Shown here one piece after another: positions 1-13,246 of a stretch of DNA of 64,000 nucleotides; position 1 is the stretch's first letter, and every line of letters begins with the position of its first letter. Source of the DNA: Camelus dromedarius (Eukaryota); assembly GCF_036321535.1 (NCBI RefSeq), contig NC_087437.1:79486001-79550000 (forward strand), in the 5' to 3' direction. The notes under the pieces were generated by a model. The model searched no databases, was not told the DNA's origin, and saw nothing but the letters and a program-made list of their open reading frames with translations. The position numbers and the translations under genes were made by a program.

Positions 1-17
1 AAGTTCATATAGTAAAT

Positions 18-470
18 GTATCAGTCAGTCAATCACGGATATAGAAAGGACTAGAGGTATTTCAAACAGGAAGGGATTTAACACTGTAAATGAGAGTTTT
101 GCATAGTTATTGGAAGAGCTAGGGCAGTGAAGATGAGGAAGCTCCAAGGAGATTTCACAAAACTAGCAAAGGTGATTGTAGAAAATTGCCACTGATGTTC
201 TCAATAACCTACAGCAACAAAGTACATGACTCTCCGGAGGACACTTGGAAGTTGCCGGCAAAAACTCATAAGTGGCATCTGCCAAAGCCACGTGCCTGCT
301 CACAGCTACGGGCTGAAGAATAATTACTTCTGCTTTTCTTTCATTTCCCAGTTTGAGAGTATCTCTCATGGGTGGAAATAACCATACCGGTGGGAGATAA
401 TGGGAAACCCAGTTTCCAAATTCTAGCTCCTGTCATGCAAGGGAAACCTGAAAAGGGGAGGTGGTTATAT
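18..470. mobile_element. Ancient ERVL/MaLR-type LTR remnant
   Basis: Begins tgtatcagtcag and continues ...atttcaaacaggaagggatttaa, resembling old ERVL-class LTR termini. Very diverged, subfamily not assigned. Confidence 0.4.
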
Positions 471-1854
471 TTGATATAGAAATTCATTCAGAGGTATTTT
501 ACCTCCTCAAACCTCAACCCACAATTTTTTTCCCTCCTAATATTGTTTCTTGGTCTATTGGTAAAATTTAAGGCTCTTGCAAAAGTAATGATACAATTTG
601 ATCTTGTCATGTATGCCATTTTATTCTTAAATAATAACCAACTTTTCTAATTATTCTCTTGAAGGAAAGTTATAATACCTATATAGAGATCTGAAGCAGC
701 ATGTGTGAAAAACATCTGAAAAAAAATTAAAGTTTCTGGACAGATGTTATAAGAGTCTTGTAGAAAAAGCTATCAGCATTACAATCCCACTTCTAATTTA
801 CTTTACATCAGGCATTTAAATTTATTATCTTTAGGCCATATGTTCCAAATGGAGCTTGGTTCTATATTCATGAATCAGTTGACAATGAATAGTTAAGTTC
901 TGCTAATTCAGAAAGGTGAAGTTGAGTGAGTTAATTTAAATGGCAGAATATTTGTAACTACAAATTCTACATACCATCAGAAAACTTCCAAAAAAGACCT
1001 GCCATATGTTTTAAACTGTGATGGAAATGGTTTGGAAGAAAAAAAAGCTGCAGCTTTTATGCAGTTATACTTGAGAATATCTTAGCATTTCCATTAAAAT
1101 TCTATTTTGAGGTTTTTAAACTTGGCTCCAAAACTCACTGTAGATTGAAATTTAACATGTGAAATCTAAGGGAATATTAAGTAACAGAATATTTTAAAAT
1201 AAAATATTTTCCACATTTTATAGTTCTTTAATACCTTAGCAGTACAGTTAGGTTAAAATTATTTAAAGAAAAATTTGTGCCACAGGGACAACTGCCTATG
1301 GCTCACTCAGGTGTGATAACACTCTGCCGAGTATGCAGTCACAGTCTCTGTAAACACGGACTGTTTGCTGGAAAGAACAAAAATGCCAACAGGTAGAACA
1401 ATGAGGGCTGATAGGCAGCATGTCCTGTACTTCAAAGACCTCAATTCAAAAGTCAAGGGTATGTCCCAGATTCTCTGGAAAGTAGCCCAAGAACAAGCAG
1501 TGTATTATGAGTGTATTCGACAGTAGGTGCTAAAATACTTAAACAGAACCTGAAGATATAAACTAGAGAACTGCAGCTTGAAAAAGTCAGTGAAGATAAT
1601 TTGAACAATATCCTTGTCATTTCTGATGGAAAGCATGGTTCCCTCCCCAGACACCCATGCCAGTCAGAGTCAGTATGAATTATCAGCTCACAAGGCTCGC
1701 AGGGTAGACCCTATTCCTGTCTACAGCACGGTTCCAGGAACACCGTTCCTAGAGGAACACTGCTTACCCTACTAGGGCTTAATCTGGACTGCAGGGATAA
1801 TGCAGGTAAGTGGAGAGCTTTTGCATTCTGTCAAAGTCACAATGGAATCAAACA

Positions 1855-2055
1855 AAATGGATTTGAGCCCTTAGTTCGGTCATTTTCAGCCTGTGTGAAC
1901 TTGGGCAACACATTAACCTCTCTGAAATCCAACTTGCTACTCTATAAAATGGGGTGATAAAGTAAACCTCACAAGTTTTAAAATAATCCTAAACTAGATA
2001 ATTGTAAAGTACCAACAACATGATTACCACACAACAAAATTCAATAAAACCTAAT
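1855..2055. mobile_element. MIR SINE remnant
   Basis: MIR core-like sequence: ctgtgtgaacttgggcaacacattaacctctctgaa...ctataaaatggggtgataa...aacctcacaag. Confidence 0.7.
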
Positions 2056-2329
2056 TATTATTTTATGTAATATGGAAACTACATGCTGTTTCATTGAATA
2101 GAATCCCCTGGTAGCTCTATTCCAGCTATGATCAAGAGGGTCCACCCGATTACTTTTAAGTCTCTGTCAGCAACAGCACATTCATGGACATCAGGAAGGT
2201 GACAAGAAGGCAGAGCCTCAGGGTTAAGACCAAAGTCAGTCTTTCTGAAGTATTATTATTTGATCTAAATATTGATCTTTCAGATTCATCTAGCTCCCAA
2301 TAAATGTTTACATTACCTTAGTTCACACA

Positions 2330-2900
2330 GTGAACATTCATCAGTGCCTTGTGGTAGGCCAAGTTCTGTGCTAAAAACTGGTGAGAAAGGAAGAAATAGA
2401 AAGTTTCTCACTCTCAAAAGCTTGTAGTTCCAAGGGCAAGGCTGATAGGAATGAAATAATCCTAATAGCATGAGATAAGGGCTGAGGAAGTCAGATGCAG
2501 GATGCATTTATATCAGATTGAGATGTCTGGGAAGGCTTAGAGGGAGTGATGAAATAGGTTTTAAAAAAGAATCGAAGTTGAGCATATGAATAAAAGAAGA
2601 ATATTCTAGTAGCTAGAAAAGTGCATTTAAAGAAGTTGTGAGAGCAAGAAATAATTTAGTTTGGAAAAAGTCTAGAATTATAGTAGTTACCTGTACAAGA
2701 AGAAAGATATGCAAGGAAAAGTCACAAAGGCTTTCTCCTAAATCATATGGGAATCCAACACAGAATTTTAAGTAGGTAGCTGGTAGAATTAGATTTGCAT
2801 AAGAGAGGAATTATCTGGTGGCAGTATGAAGGATAGTAAGATTGTAATCAGCGAGATCAATTAGGAAGCTGTTCAATAATCCTAGAGAAAATATTCCAGG
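2330..2900. mobile_element. L2 LINE remnant
   Basis: L2 3'-region-like motifs: ctctcaaaagcttgtagttcc, gaattttaagtagg...attagatttgcat, gagatcaattaggaagctgttcaataatcc. Confidence 0.55.
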
Positions 2901-2904
2901 GTTC

Positions 2905-3013
2905 ACCAGTTGTGCAATACTGGGAAAGGTGTTTGATCTTAATTGACCTTTTTGAGCCTCTGTTTCATTAGTATTATGTAAGTTTAGTATTTGTATTAAT
3001 GTTATGTACGTTT
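2905..3013. mobile_element. MIR remnant, left part, interrupted by L1-A
   Basis: agttgtgcaatactgggaaagg...gacctttttgagcctctgtttc resembles the MIR core. A MIR-like continuation resumes after L1-A at about 10673-10790. Confidence 0.45.
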
Positions 3014-3027
3014 AAATATTAACAACA
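3014..3027 (+). repeat. 5' target-site duplication of L1-A (aaatattaacaaca)
   Basis: Exact 14-mer repeated at 10659-10672. It is preceded by ttt, giving a TT/AAA L1 endonuclease-type site. Confidence 0.92.
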
Positions 3028-4694
3028 GAGAGACGGAGAAGATGGCAGAGTAGAGAGATGCTCGTGGCTCACCCTCTCCCACAGATACACCAAGACCCAC
3101 ATCTACAGACCCACTCAGCCAACCAGAGCACCTGCAGAACTCCAACAGAACATCGCCCTCTTCAAAAGATAAAGACGCCAAAAATCTGGTATGAGAAAAG
3201 GAAAAAAGAACAAAAGGCAAAGCAGCGTGGGACGGGTCCCGCGGGGAGGGAGCGGCAAAGGAGGACTGGCGCTCGCTCGCTGGGTCTCCCCTCTCCAACT
3301 GAGAGGCCAGCGGTACCTAGGGGGAGCCTTCGAGGCTCGGATCTGTACAGAGCAGCCCTTGACTGACAGAACTAAGTTAAACGGGCACAGAGCGTCCCCC
3401 TGACACCCAGCATGAGATGCGGGCCTGCAGCCACGGGCAGGGCCAGGCTGCACAAGCCGGGAGGAGGACGGAAGTGGCTGCACGGAGGCAGCCCCGGGGG
3501 AACGCAAGGGGCTGAGCGCCGTGGCTGTGGGTGCACAGGGCAGAACAACCTGGGCCCTCCATAAAACAGCACGGTTGATGTGCTCTCAGGGGAAGGGTGC
3601 ACACCCCCATCTCTGAAAACCTGCGGAAAGTTTTCGGGGGAAGAGAGGCGGGGCTCAGGCACAGCCGCCATATCCTCCAGCTCTGAGCACCGAGGCGGGG
3701 GCTGGGGCGAAACCTGCATCCGCACCGAAGGGCTTAGCAGCCTCAAAGGCCAGACTGAGACTGGCCTAAAGCCTGGGGCAGATAGGATCCTTCCATCCTG
3801 GTCCCTCAGAGAACTTGCTCCACAAAGACAAACAAGGAGCTGGGTTCTGGCTCCAAGCAGGGACAGGGCTGTCCCTCGGTCTTCCCCAAGCCCACCTGCG
3901 GAGCGCCGACCAGGGAGGAGCACGCAGCCGCACAGAGCAGCAGAGCTACCAGCAGCACAGGTAGAGGGAGAGCGGCCCCCCGCCTTTCGGGCAGGAACAC
4001 AGCCCCTGACCAAGGTGCTGGGAGGGGGCACGACCCGCCCTCCTACCTTGCCAGTCTGCAACATCTGACTGCGGCACCCGGAAGGGCAGTGACCCGCCCG
4101 CGCACAGCAGAGGAGAGCTGCACCTGACCCAGTGTTGGGAGGAGGCGCGATCTGCTTGCCAACAGGTGCTGGGAGCAGCACAGAAGAGGGCGCCAACGGA
4201 AGGCCTCTGAAAACAGCAAGCTGAGCTTCCAAAACAGGACAAAGACAGAAAGACTTCACATTAAAAGCACACAGACTCCAGGAGAACACTGACAACCCCC
4301 CACTTTTTTTTTTAAATCTGTTTTTACCTGTTCTATTTTCTATTACTCTCTTAATTTTTACTTCTTAATTCATTTCTATTTCTCTTGGGTTTTGACGTCC
4401 TGTTATTGATTAGACAGAGGCTTCAAATACATCTATTAATCTCCCACCCCCTTTTTTAAAGGTTTTAAAAGGACGTCTCAACCCGATTAATACTCTGCTT
4501 CAACTCGCTCTTCTATTATTCATTATACACTGTTTTCAAACCCTCTTTCTCCCTTCTTTTAAAATTCTTTCTCTCTCTCTCTTATTTCTTTTCTTTTTTC
4601 CTAAGTTCTATTACTAAATAGGCATTAGACAGATAAAACCCTTAAGGACCATAATAGACAACTGATACTCCATAAACCACAGTGCCAGAGAGGT
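3028..4694 (+). promoter_or_regulatory. L1-A 5' UTR / internal promoter
   Basis: GC/CpG-rich from about 3030 to 4250, followed by a pyrimidine-rich tract. YY1-like motif aagatggcag at 3039-3048 (the CpG present in L1-B is lost here). Confidence 0.8.
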
Positions 4695-5593
4695 ATGAGC
4701 AAGATGAAGAAGCAGAAAAACCTTTCCCAATTAAAAGAACAAGAGAAATCCCCTGAAAGATCAATGAAATAGACATCGATACCCTACTAGATCAAGATTT
4801 CAAAAAAGGAGTGATCAAATTGCTGAAGGAATTAAAAGAGATAGTGTTTAGAGATATAAAATATGTCAAAAATGAAATTGAAGCTATAAAGAAGAGCCAA
4901 GTAGAATGGGTAAACTCACTGACAGAGATGAGGAATGATCTAATAGCTGTGCAAAGCCGACTAGATAATGCAGAGGAACGAATTAGTGATCTAGAAGACA
5001 GGGCAATAGAAAGCACCCATTCAGAAGAGCTACAAGATAAGCAAATAAAAAATAATGAAAATAGCATAAGGGACCTATGGGATAATATAAAGCGTCCCAA
5101 TCTTCGCATAATAGGGGTCCCAGAAGGGGAAGAAAGATCAAAGGGGATTGAAAAGGTTTTTGAAGAAATCATGACTGAAAACTTCCCAAACTTAAAGAAG
5201 GAATCAGATATCCAAGTACAGGAAGCTCAGAGGGTCCCAAACAGGAAGAACCCAAATAGACCCACACCAAGACATAGCATACTCAAGATGGCCAGAGTCA
5301 AGGAGAAAGAAATGATTCTAAAGGCAGCAAGAGAAAAGCAAAGAGTAAGTTACAAGGGAACCCCCATAAGGCTCTCAGCTGATTTCTCTACACAAACACT
5401 ACAGGCCAGAAGGGAGTGGCAAGATATAGTCAAAGCCCTGAATGAAAAAAAGATGCAGCCTAGGATCCTTTATCCAGCAAGGCTATCCTTGAGGATAGAA
5501 GGAGAAATAAAGAGTTTCACAGACAAGAAAAAGCTGCAGGAGTTTAGCAACACTAAACCCATGCTAAAAGAAATATTGAAAGGGCTATTCTAA
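4695..5593 (+). pseudogene. L1 ORF1p (RNA-binding chaperone), frameshifted
   Basis: ATG at 4695. A 4-nt deletion near 4760 relative to L1-B shifts the frame. The downstream 260-aa frame has ORF1p motifs RPNLRIIGVPE, ENFPNL, IRLSADFS, ARREW, YPARL. Confidence 0.93.
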
Positions 5594-5993
5594 ATAGAAA
5601 AGCAGCAGGATGCTACAGAAATGAGAAACTCACAACTGGAGATGTGATAACTCATGAATTACAAATAAAAAAAACATGAAATTATAAAAGAAGACATACA
5701 AATCACTGAGTGGGAGAGGGAGGCAGGGAAATATAGAATTTTTTTTCTTTCTTTTTAAAATTTTTTTAACAGTAGGATGGGCTTGAGATCATGTTACTAT
5801 CAGTTTAATAAAACAGTTACAGTAATGGGTTAATAGATTTACAAAAAAGGGTAACCACAAGCCAAAAATTTACAAAGGAGTCTCAGAAATTAAATAAAAT
5901 CCGCAATAATACAAAGGAAAATTACCAAACCACAAAAGGAAGAAGAAAGGAACAAAGAGGATATACCAATTCAACTGCAAAGATAAGTTCAAA

Positions 5994-8900
5994 ATGGCAA
6001 TAAACACACATCTATCATTAATTACTGTAAATGTTAATGGACTAAATGCTCCAGTCAAAAGACACAGAGTGGCAGACTGGATAATAAAGCAAGAACCTTC
6101 AATAGGCTGCATACAAGAGACCCACTTTAGGGAGAAGGTCACATATAGATTGAGAGTGAAAGGATGGAAAAGGATATTCCACGCAAATGGAAAAGCCAAA
6201 AAAGCAGGTGTTGCAGTACTGATTTCAGACCAAATAGACTTTAAAACAAAGGCCATAAAGAAAGATAAAGAAGGGCATTTTATAATGATTAAAGGAGTGA
6301 TACAAGATGAGGATATTACACTCGTTAATATATATGCACCCAATATAGGAGCACCTAAGTACATACAAGAATTACTAACAGAGATAAAGGGGGATATTGA
6401 TGGGAATACAATCATAGTTGGAGATTTTAACACTGCATTAACATCACTAGACAGATCTTCCAGACAGAAAATAAACAAGGCAACAGAGAAATTAAATACT
6501 ACAATAGAAAAACTAGATTTGGTGGATATTTTCAGAGCATTACACCCCCCAAAAATAGGATATACATTCTTTTCAAGTGCACATGGAACATTTTCCAGGA
6601 TCGATCATGTACTTGGGCACAAAAGAAACCTCAACAATTTTAAGAGATAGAAATTATCTCAAGCATCTTTACTGACCACAATGCCATGAAACTGGATATC
6701 AACAACAGAGAAAACAAAGGAGAAAAAAAGGAAAGCATGGAGATTAAACAATATGTTATTGAAAAAACAATGGATCAATGAGGAAATCAAAGCTGAAATT
6801 AAAAAATACCTTGAGACAAATGAGAATGAAGCACAACCACTCAAAACCTATGGACACAGCAAAGGCAGTGCTAAGAGGGAAGTTTATAGCGATACAGGCC
6901 TTCCTCAAAAAAAGAAGAACAATCCCAAATAAACAATTTAACCCCACCACCTGAATGAATTAGAAAAAGAAGAACAAAGAGCCCCAAAAAGCAGCAGAAG
7001 GAAGGAAATAATAAGATCAGAGAGGAATTAAATACAATAGAGATTAACAAGACCATAGAAAAAATCAACCAAACCAAAAGCTGGTTCTTTGAAAAAAGTA
7101 AATAAAATCGACAACCTCTGGCCAAACTCACAAAGAAGAAAAAAGAGAGAGCACAAATTAGCAAAACAAGAAAGGAAAATGGAGAAATTACAACAAACAA
7201 AATAGAAATACAGAATATCATACGAGAATATTATGAAAAAACTATATGGAACCAAACTGGATAACCTAGAGGAGATGGACAAGTTTCTGGAAACATACTG
7301 TCCACCAAAACTGAATCAAGAAGAATCTGAACACTTGAACAATCCCATCACTAGAAAGGGAAATAGAAATAGCAATTAAAAACCTCCGTACAAATAAAGT
7401 CCAGGACCGGACGGCTTCACCGGGGAATTCTACCAAACATACAAAGAAGAACTCATACCAGTCCTTCTCAAACTCTTCCAGACGATTGAAAAGGAGGGAA
7501 TACTCCCAAACTCATTCTATGAAGCCACCATCACCCTGATACCAAAACCAGCAAAGACACTACAAAAAAAGAGAATTATAGGCCAATATCACTGATGAAC
7601 ATAGACTCCAAATCCTCACCAAAATTTAGCAAATAGAATCCAACAACACATAAAAAAGATTATACATCATGACCAAGTGGGGTTCATCCCAGGGACACGA
7701 GGCTGGTTCAACATACGCAAATCAATCAGTGTAATACATCACATCAACAAGAGAAAGGAGAAAAGCCACATGATCATCTCAATCGATGCAGAAAAAGCAT
7801 TTGATAAAATTCAACACCCATTTATGATAAAAACTCTCGCCAAAGTGGGTATAGAGGGAACATACCTCAACATAATAAAAGCTATATATGACAAACTACA
7901 GCCAGCATAGTACTCAACAGTGAAAAGCTCAAAAGCTTCCCACTAAAATCTGGGACAAGACAAGGATGCCCAATATCACCACTCCTATTCAACATAGTCC
8001 TGGAAGTCCTAGCCACAGCAGTCAGGCAAGAGAAAGAAATAAAAGGGATCCAAATGGAAAAGAAGAGGTAAAAGTGTCACTATATGCCGACGACATGTTA
8101 CTATATATAGAAAACCCTAAAAGGTCCACACAAAAGCTACTAGAGCTGATTGAAGAATTCAGCAAGGTAGCAGGTTACAACATTAATGTTCAAAAATCAG
8201 TTGCATTTCTTTACACTAACGATAAATCAACAGAAGAAGAAAGTAAAGAAACAATCCCCTTTAAAATAGCACCCAAAGTAATAAAATATCTGGGAATAAA
8301 TCTAACCAAAGGAGGTGAAAGAATTATTACACAGAAAACTATAAACCACTGATGAAGGAAATTAAAGAAGACTTTAAAAAATGGAAAGATATTCCATGCT
8401 CGTGGATTGGAAGAATCAATATTGTTAAAATGGTCACACTGCCCAAGGCAATCTACAGATTTAATGCAATCCCTATCCAATTACCCAGGACATACTTCAC
8501 AGAACTAGAACAAATCAAAATAAAATTTATATGGAACCATCAAAGACCTAGAATTGCCAAAGCTTTACTGAAGAGAAAGAAAGAGGCTGGAGGAATAACT
8601 CTCCCAGACTTCAGAACAATACTATAGAGCTACAGTCATCAAGACAGCACGGTATTGGTACCAAAACAGACATATAGACCAATGGAACAGAATAGAGAGC
8701 CCAGAAATGAACCACAAACTTTTGGTCAACTCATCTTCGACAAAGGAGGCAAGAATATACATTGGAATAAAGACAGTCTCTTCAGCAAATGGTGTTGGAA
8801 AACTGACAGCAGCATGTAAAACAATGAGCTAGAACACTCCCTTACACCATATACAAAAATCAACTCAAAATGGATTAAAGACTTAAACATAAGACAAGAT

Positions 8901-9785
8901 ACAATAAACCTCCTAGAGGAAAACATAGGCAAAACATTATCTGACATACATTTCAAAAATTTTCTCCTAGAAGAAATAAAAGCAAGTATAAACAAATGGG
9001 ACCTAATGAAACTTACAAGCTTCTGCACAGCAAAGGAAACCAGAAGTAAAACAAGAAGAAAACCTACGGAATGGGAGAAAATTTTGCAAGTGAAACTGAC
9101 AAAGGCTTGATCTCCAGAATATATAAGCAGCTCATATGACTCAATAAGAAAAAAATAAACAACCCAATCGAAAAATGGGCAGACAGACCTAAACAAGCAA
9201 TTCTCCAAGGAAGACATACAAATGATCAAAAGCAACGTGAAAAAATGCTCAATATCACTAGTTATCAGAGAAATGCAAATCAAAAACTACAATGAGGTAT
9301 CACCTCACACCAGTCAGAATGGCCATCATTCAAAAATCCACAACAACAAATGCTGGAGAGGCTGTGGGGAAAGGGGAACACGCAGCGCTCGACTGTGGGA
9401 ATGCAGTTTGGTGCAGCCACTATGGAAAACAGTGTGGAGATTCCTCAAAAGACTAGGAATAGACTTATCATATGACCCAGGAATCCCACTCCTGGGCCTG
9501 TATCCAGAAGGAAATCTACTTCAGGATGACACCTGCACCCCAATGTTCATAGCAGCACTATTTACAATAGCCAAAACATGGAAACAGCCTAAATGTCCAT
9601 CAACAGGTGACTGGGTAAAGAAGAAGTGGTATATTTATACAATGGAATACTACTCAGCCATAAAACCTGACAACATAATGCCATTTGCAGCAACATGGAT
9701 GCTCCTGGAGAATGTCATTCTAAGTGAAGTAAGCCAGAAAGAAAAAGAAAAATACCATATGAGATCGCTCATATGTGGAATCTAA
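5994..9785 (+). pseudogene. L1 ORF2p (endonuclease / reverse transcriptase), multiply disrupted
   Basis: APE-like EN motifs NVNGLN, QETH, GDFN, SRIDH; RT motif YADD; many 1-nt indels; TGA at 9137-9139; garbled CCHC region near 9379-9395. Confidence 0.95.
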
Positions 9786-10154
9786 AAAACAAAACCAAAA
9801 ACAAACAAACAAACAAAAACAAAGCGTAAATACAGGACAGAAATAGACTCACAGAGAATATAGACTTGTGGTTACCAGGGGGGTGGAGGGTGGGAAGGGA
9901 TAGACTGGAATTTCAAGATTGTAGAATAGATAAACAAGATTACACTGTATAGCACAGGGAAATATACACAAAATGTTATGATAACTCACAGAGAAAAAAA
10001 TGTGCCAATGAGTGTGTATATGTCCATGAATGTCTGAAAAATTGTGCTGAACACTGGAATTTGACACAACATTGTAAAATGAATATAAATCAGTAAAAAT
10101 TGTTAAAAAACAAAACAAAACAAAACAAAAAAAAACCCAAAAAAACAAAAACAT

Positions 10155-10658
10155 GTGACTGGATAAAGAAGATGTGGTATATTTATAGAACGGAATACTA
10201 CTCAGCCATAAAAACCGACAACATAAAGCCATTTGCAGCAACATGGATGCTCCTGGAGAATGTCATTCTAAGTGAAGTAAGCCAGAAAGAGAAAGAAAAA
10301 TACCATATGAGATCGCTCATATTTGGAATCTAAAAAACAAAAACAAAAACAAACAAACAAACACAAACAAAGCGTAAATACAGGACAGAAATAGACTCAC
10401 AGAGAATACAGACTTGTGGTTACCAGGGGGGTGGAGGGTGGGAAGGGATAGACTGGGATTTCAAAATTGTAGAATAGATAAACAAGATTACACTGTATAT
10501 AGCACAGGGAAATATACACAAAATGTTATGATAACTCACAGAGAAAAAAATGTGACAATGAGTGTGTATATGTCCATGAATGACTGAAAAATTGTGCTGA
10601 ACACTGGAATTTGACACAACATTGTAAAATGATTATAAATCAATAAAAAATGTTAAAA
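10155..10658 (+). mobile_element. Second ~500-bp L1 3' end in tandem after the L1-A tail
   Basis: Repeats 9607-10110 (ORF2 C-terminus plus 3' UTR) with about 20 differences by eye. It follows a C-interrupted A tail at 10105-10153 and has AATAAA at 10642-10647. Confidence 0.93.
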
Positions 10659-10672
10659 AAATATTAACAACA
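10659..10672 (+). repeat. 3' target-site duplication of L1-A
   Basis: aaatattaacaaca, identical to 3014-3027. Confidence 0.92.
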
Positions 10673-10930
10673 ATAACAACAGTGTGGACCATATTACCTG
10701 CCAAAGAATGACAGAAAAATTAGAGTTGAAAGAATCACGTGCACGCACTGAGCGCCGGGCCCATACAGGACTTGAATGTGCTTGCTCACATCTTTCATTC
10801 CAGTCCACGCTGGTCCAGGTGCATAGACTCAGGGAGGTGGAATTTTGAGCTATTTGATGTTTTGTTTGTGATCATTTGGGGATCTAGGCAGAAACGGCAG
10901 ACAAGTGATAAATATCTACATCTCCTCTAG

Positions 10931-11085
10931 GGCCGTGCTTCTCATAATGTAATGTGCAAAAGAAAAATCACCTGAGTATTTTGGTAAAATGCAGATTCAG
11001 AGTGAGCAGATCTGGAACACAGCCTAAGATTAGGCATTTTTAAAAAAACTCTTGGGGGATGTTGATACTCCTGGTCCACAAGGAG
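10931..11085. mobile_element. MER5-like hAT DNA transposon remnant
   Basis: gtgcttctca...aatcacctgag...taaaatgcagattc...ggcatttttaa...gatgttgatactcctggtccac, the characteristic MER5A layout. Confidence 0.7.
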
Positions 11086-13246
11086 TTACAAAGCTCTAAG
11101 AAATGCTTGTAATTTTGTCCACGCTTCTAGCAGTTGGAGAGGCAGATTAAAAAGAAAATGCAGGAGATACACAATTAACCTGCTGAAATGTTTCTGTGAC
11201 TCACTGTGTAGATCAAATTGTATTTTCCATAACAAATTTTCATATTTTTTTCTTTTTAAAGATGTAGATAGCACATGTACTAATTCTGTGATTTCATTAC
11301 AGACTAATTTCAGGACGTGGGTGAGAAGATATTCCCTGCCTATTTAGTTTTTAATCACTCTCTCAGATGAAACATCTCAAAGGGCTCTACCATCACACAC
11401 TCGGAGGCTCTCAAAACAGACTGAACACTAGCTTCTCTGGAAGGAAGGAACATCAAGTAAAATTTAAGGATAAAAAAACTTAAGAGTCAGAACAGGAAAA
11501 ACAGATAATAATGTGTTCTATTACTTTTTCATAGACTGGGTCAGCGGCATGGAATTTCATGTAAGAAGACCCAGTAGGTACTTTCTGGAGGAACAAAGGT
11601 GTTCTTGTTGGCTACTGGATGGGTTTCTAGAAAAATGCCTTTAAACTATCTTTAACTGAAGATCAATATAAAGAGAAGAATCTTGCTGTTGAGCTCTGTG
11701 AGGAGTTTTGTTGTTGAGCAAATTGAGGATTCTTTTAATTTCCAGAGAATTAAGAAATAGATATCACATAATGATTGAGGATGCATCGAAGTTATATTTG
11801 CTCACAATTGTACCACATATAGCTGTGTAATGTAGAGACTAGACATAATTCAACAATTTCTTACCTGGATTATAAATACTTTATAACAATAAAAATACAT
11901 ATATATGAATATATAAAATTCTGAAGCAAAGTTAGTCAAAACTGAGGCTTGGCCTTCCAAACAAAAGTCAATGCTTCTTTAGAACTGACCTCAAAATTCG
12001 ATAATTGCTCCATATTTAAACATATTTTAGTATCTTATATTTAATATGAATATTCTGAAGGCACTGGGGAATCTACAAGGGTGAGAGATAGAATTCTGTT
12101 CCTTGCTGAATAAAGAGCATTGGTGGCACTTTGTTAAGAGATGTAAACAGGACATTATTTGAGGCAGTACACGTAAAGGCAAAATACATCTCAGCTTTCA
12201 TTTCAGAATGACCATTCTCTATAAACACAACAGATCTGAGAAGCATTTTCTGAATTTCATCAGTGCCTAAAATGAAACCTCAGAAAGCAGAGAATGAGTA
12301 AGGTAACTCAGGCACCTTCTGATTTCAGATGAGGTCACTTAGTACATTATCTAAACGTATTAGATTTTTCTTTTAAAATGTATTGCAAAATCTAAAGTTT
12401 AAAGTCTTTTTTATGTTTTATTTATAATAAAGATCGAAAAGTTATCAGTTGCAACGAAAAGAAATTCAGTGTTTGGATTAAACAAAATGTGCCATTTCTG
12501 GAAAAATTGCCGTTTTCTTGTCTTTTTTTTTTTTTTTTTTTTGCTTCGTACATCTGTGGTTTTGTAAAATAAAAACTAGTTATCATGGCAACTGGAAAAT
12601 CACATGCACCATCTCAGAGCTAAAATACTCCTTGTTTGAGAAATATTGTGTTCACTATTTGAATATGTATAATACTACATTCAGAAGAGAGAATATTTTA
12701 TAGGTGCCATATCATGAAACTGTTCAGTATAGTTTAACTCTTTCCCAGTAAGTAACTTATTGTTATTTAAGCAATATATTTAATAGTAGCAATCCTATAT
12801 AACAAACATAAATGAAAGGAGATTAAAAACTTAACATTCTAGATAAATTGGATGACAACAGAAGGGTTCTTCCTTTCAATAAGGAACATAATTAATTTTC
12901 CTAAATATATTTAAATTATATAAAGATACTAAAGGACAATTATAAACTAAACAACAACAAAACATCTCCAACATATACCACAAGATTGCTACTCATTTCA
13001 CTATCATTCAAGACGTTTTATGTGGCCATCTAAATCACTTTAAACATAAAGAAGACAGTTATGGATTCAACCTAACTAAATTTATAGGAGGGATAGAGTT
13101 ACTCTGGTACTAGGGATGACTGAACCATGGTCCAGAATGCCAAGAGACTCCTATTAATTTTTGTTTATCTTTTTGAATTATCTTTATTCTCTCCCACTTC
13201 CTGCCTTGGTTGACAAAGCAGGGTACACCCTCCACAACAGCCATGT

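Larger units (their letters stand above)
3028..10658 (+). mobile_element. Full-length young LINE-1 (L1-A) with a doubled 3' end
   Basis: GC-rich 5' UTR, ORF1, ~400-bp spacer, ORF2 (EN, RT with YADD at 8083-8094, C-terminal region), 3' UTR with a G-rich tract, A-tail, flanked by a 14-bp TSD. Confidence 0.97.

Noticed and set aside
3372..4295. 307-aa antisense ORF in the L1-A 5' UTR
   Set aside because: TTG start, GC-rich low-stop sequence, and broken into pieces in the better-preserved L1-B.
5870..6478. 202-aa antisense ORF present in both L1s (also 55414-56022), plus 4792-5172, 8726-9283 and similar
   Set aside because: Shadow frames opposite A-rich ORF1/ORF2; their conservation is explained by the sense ORFs.
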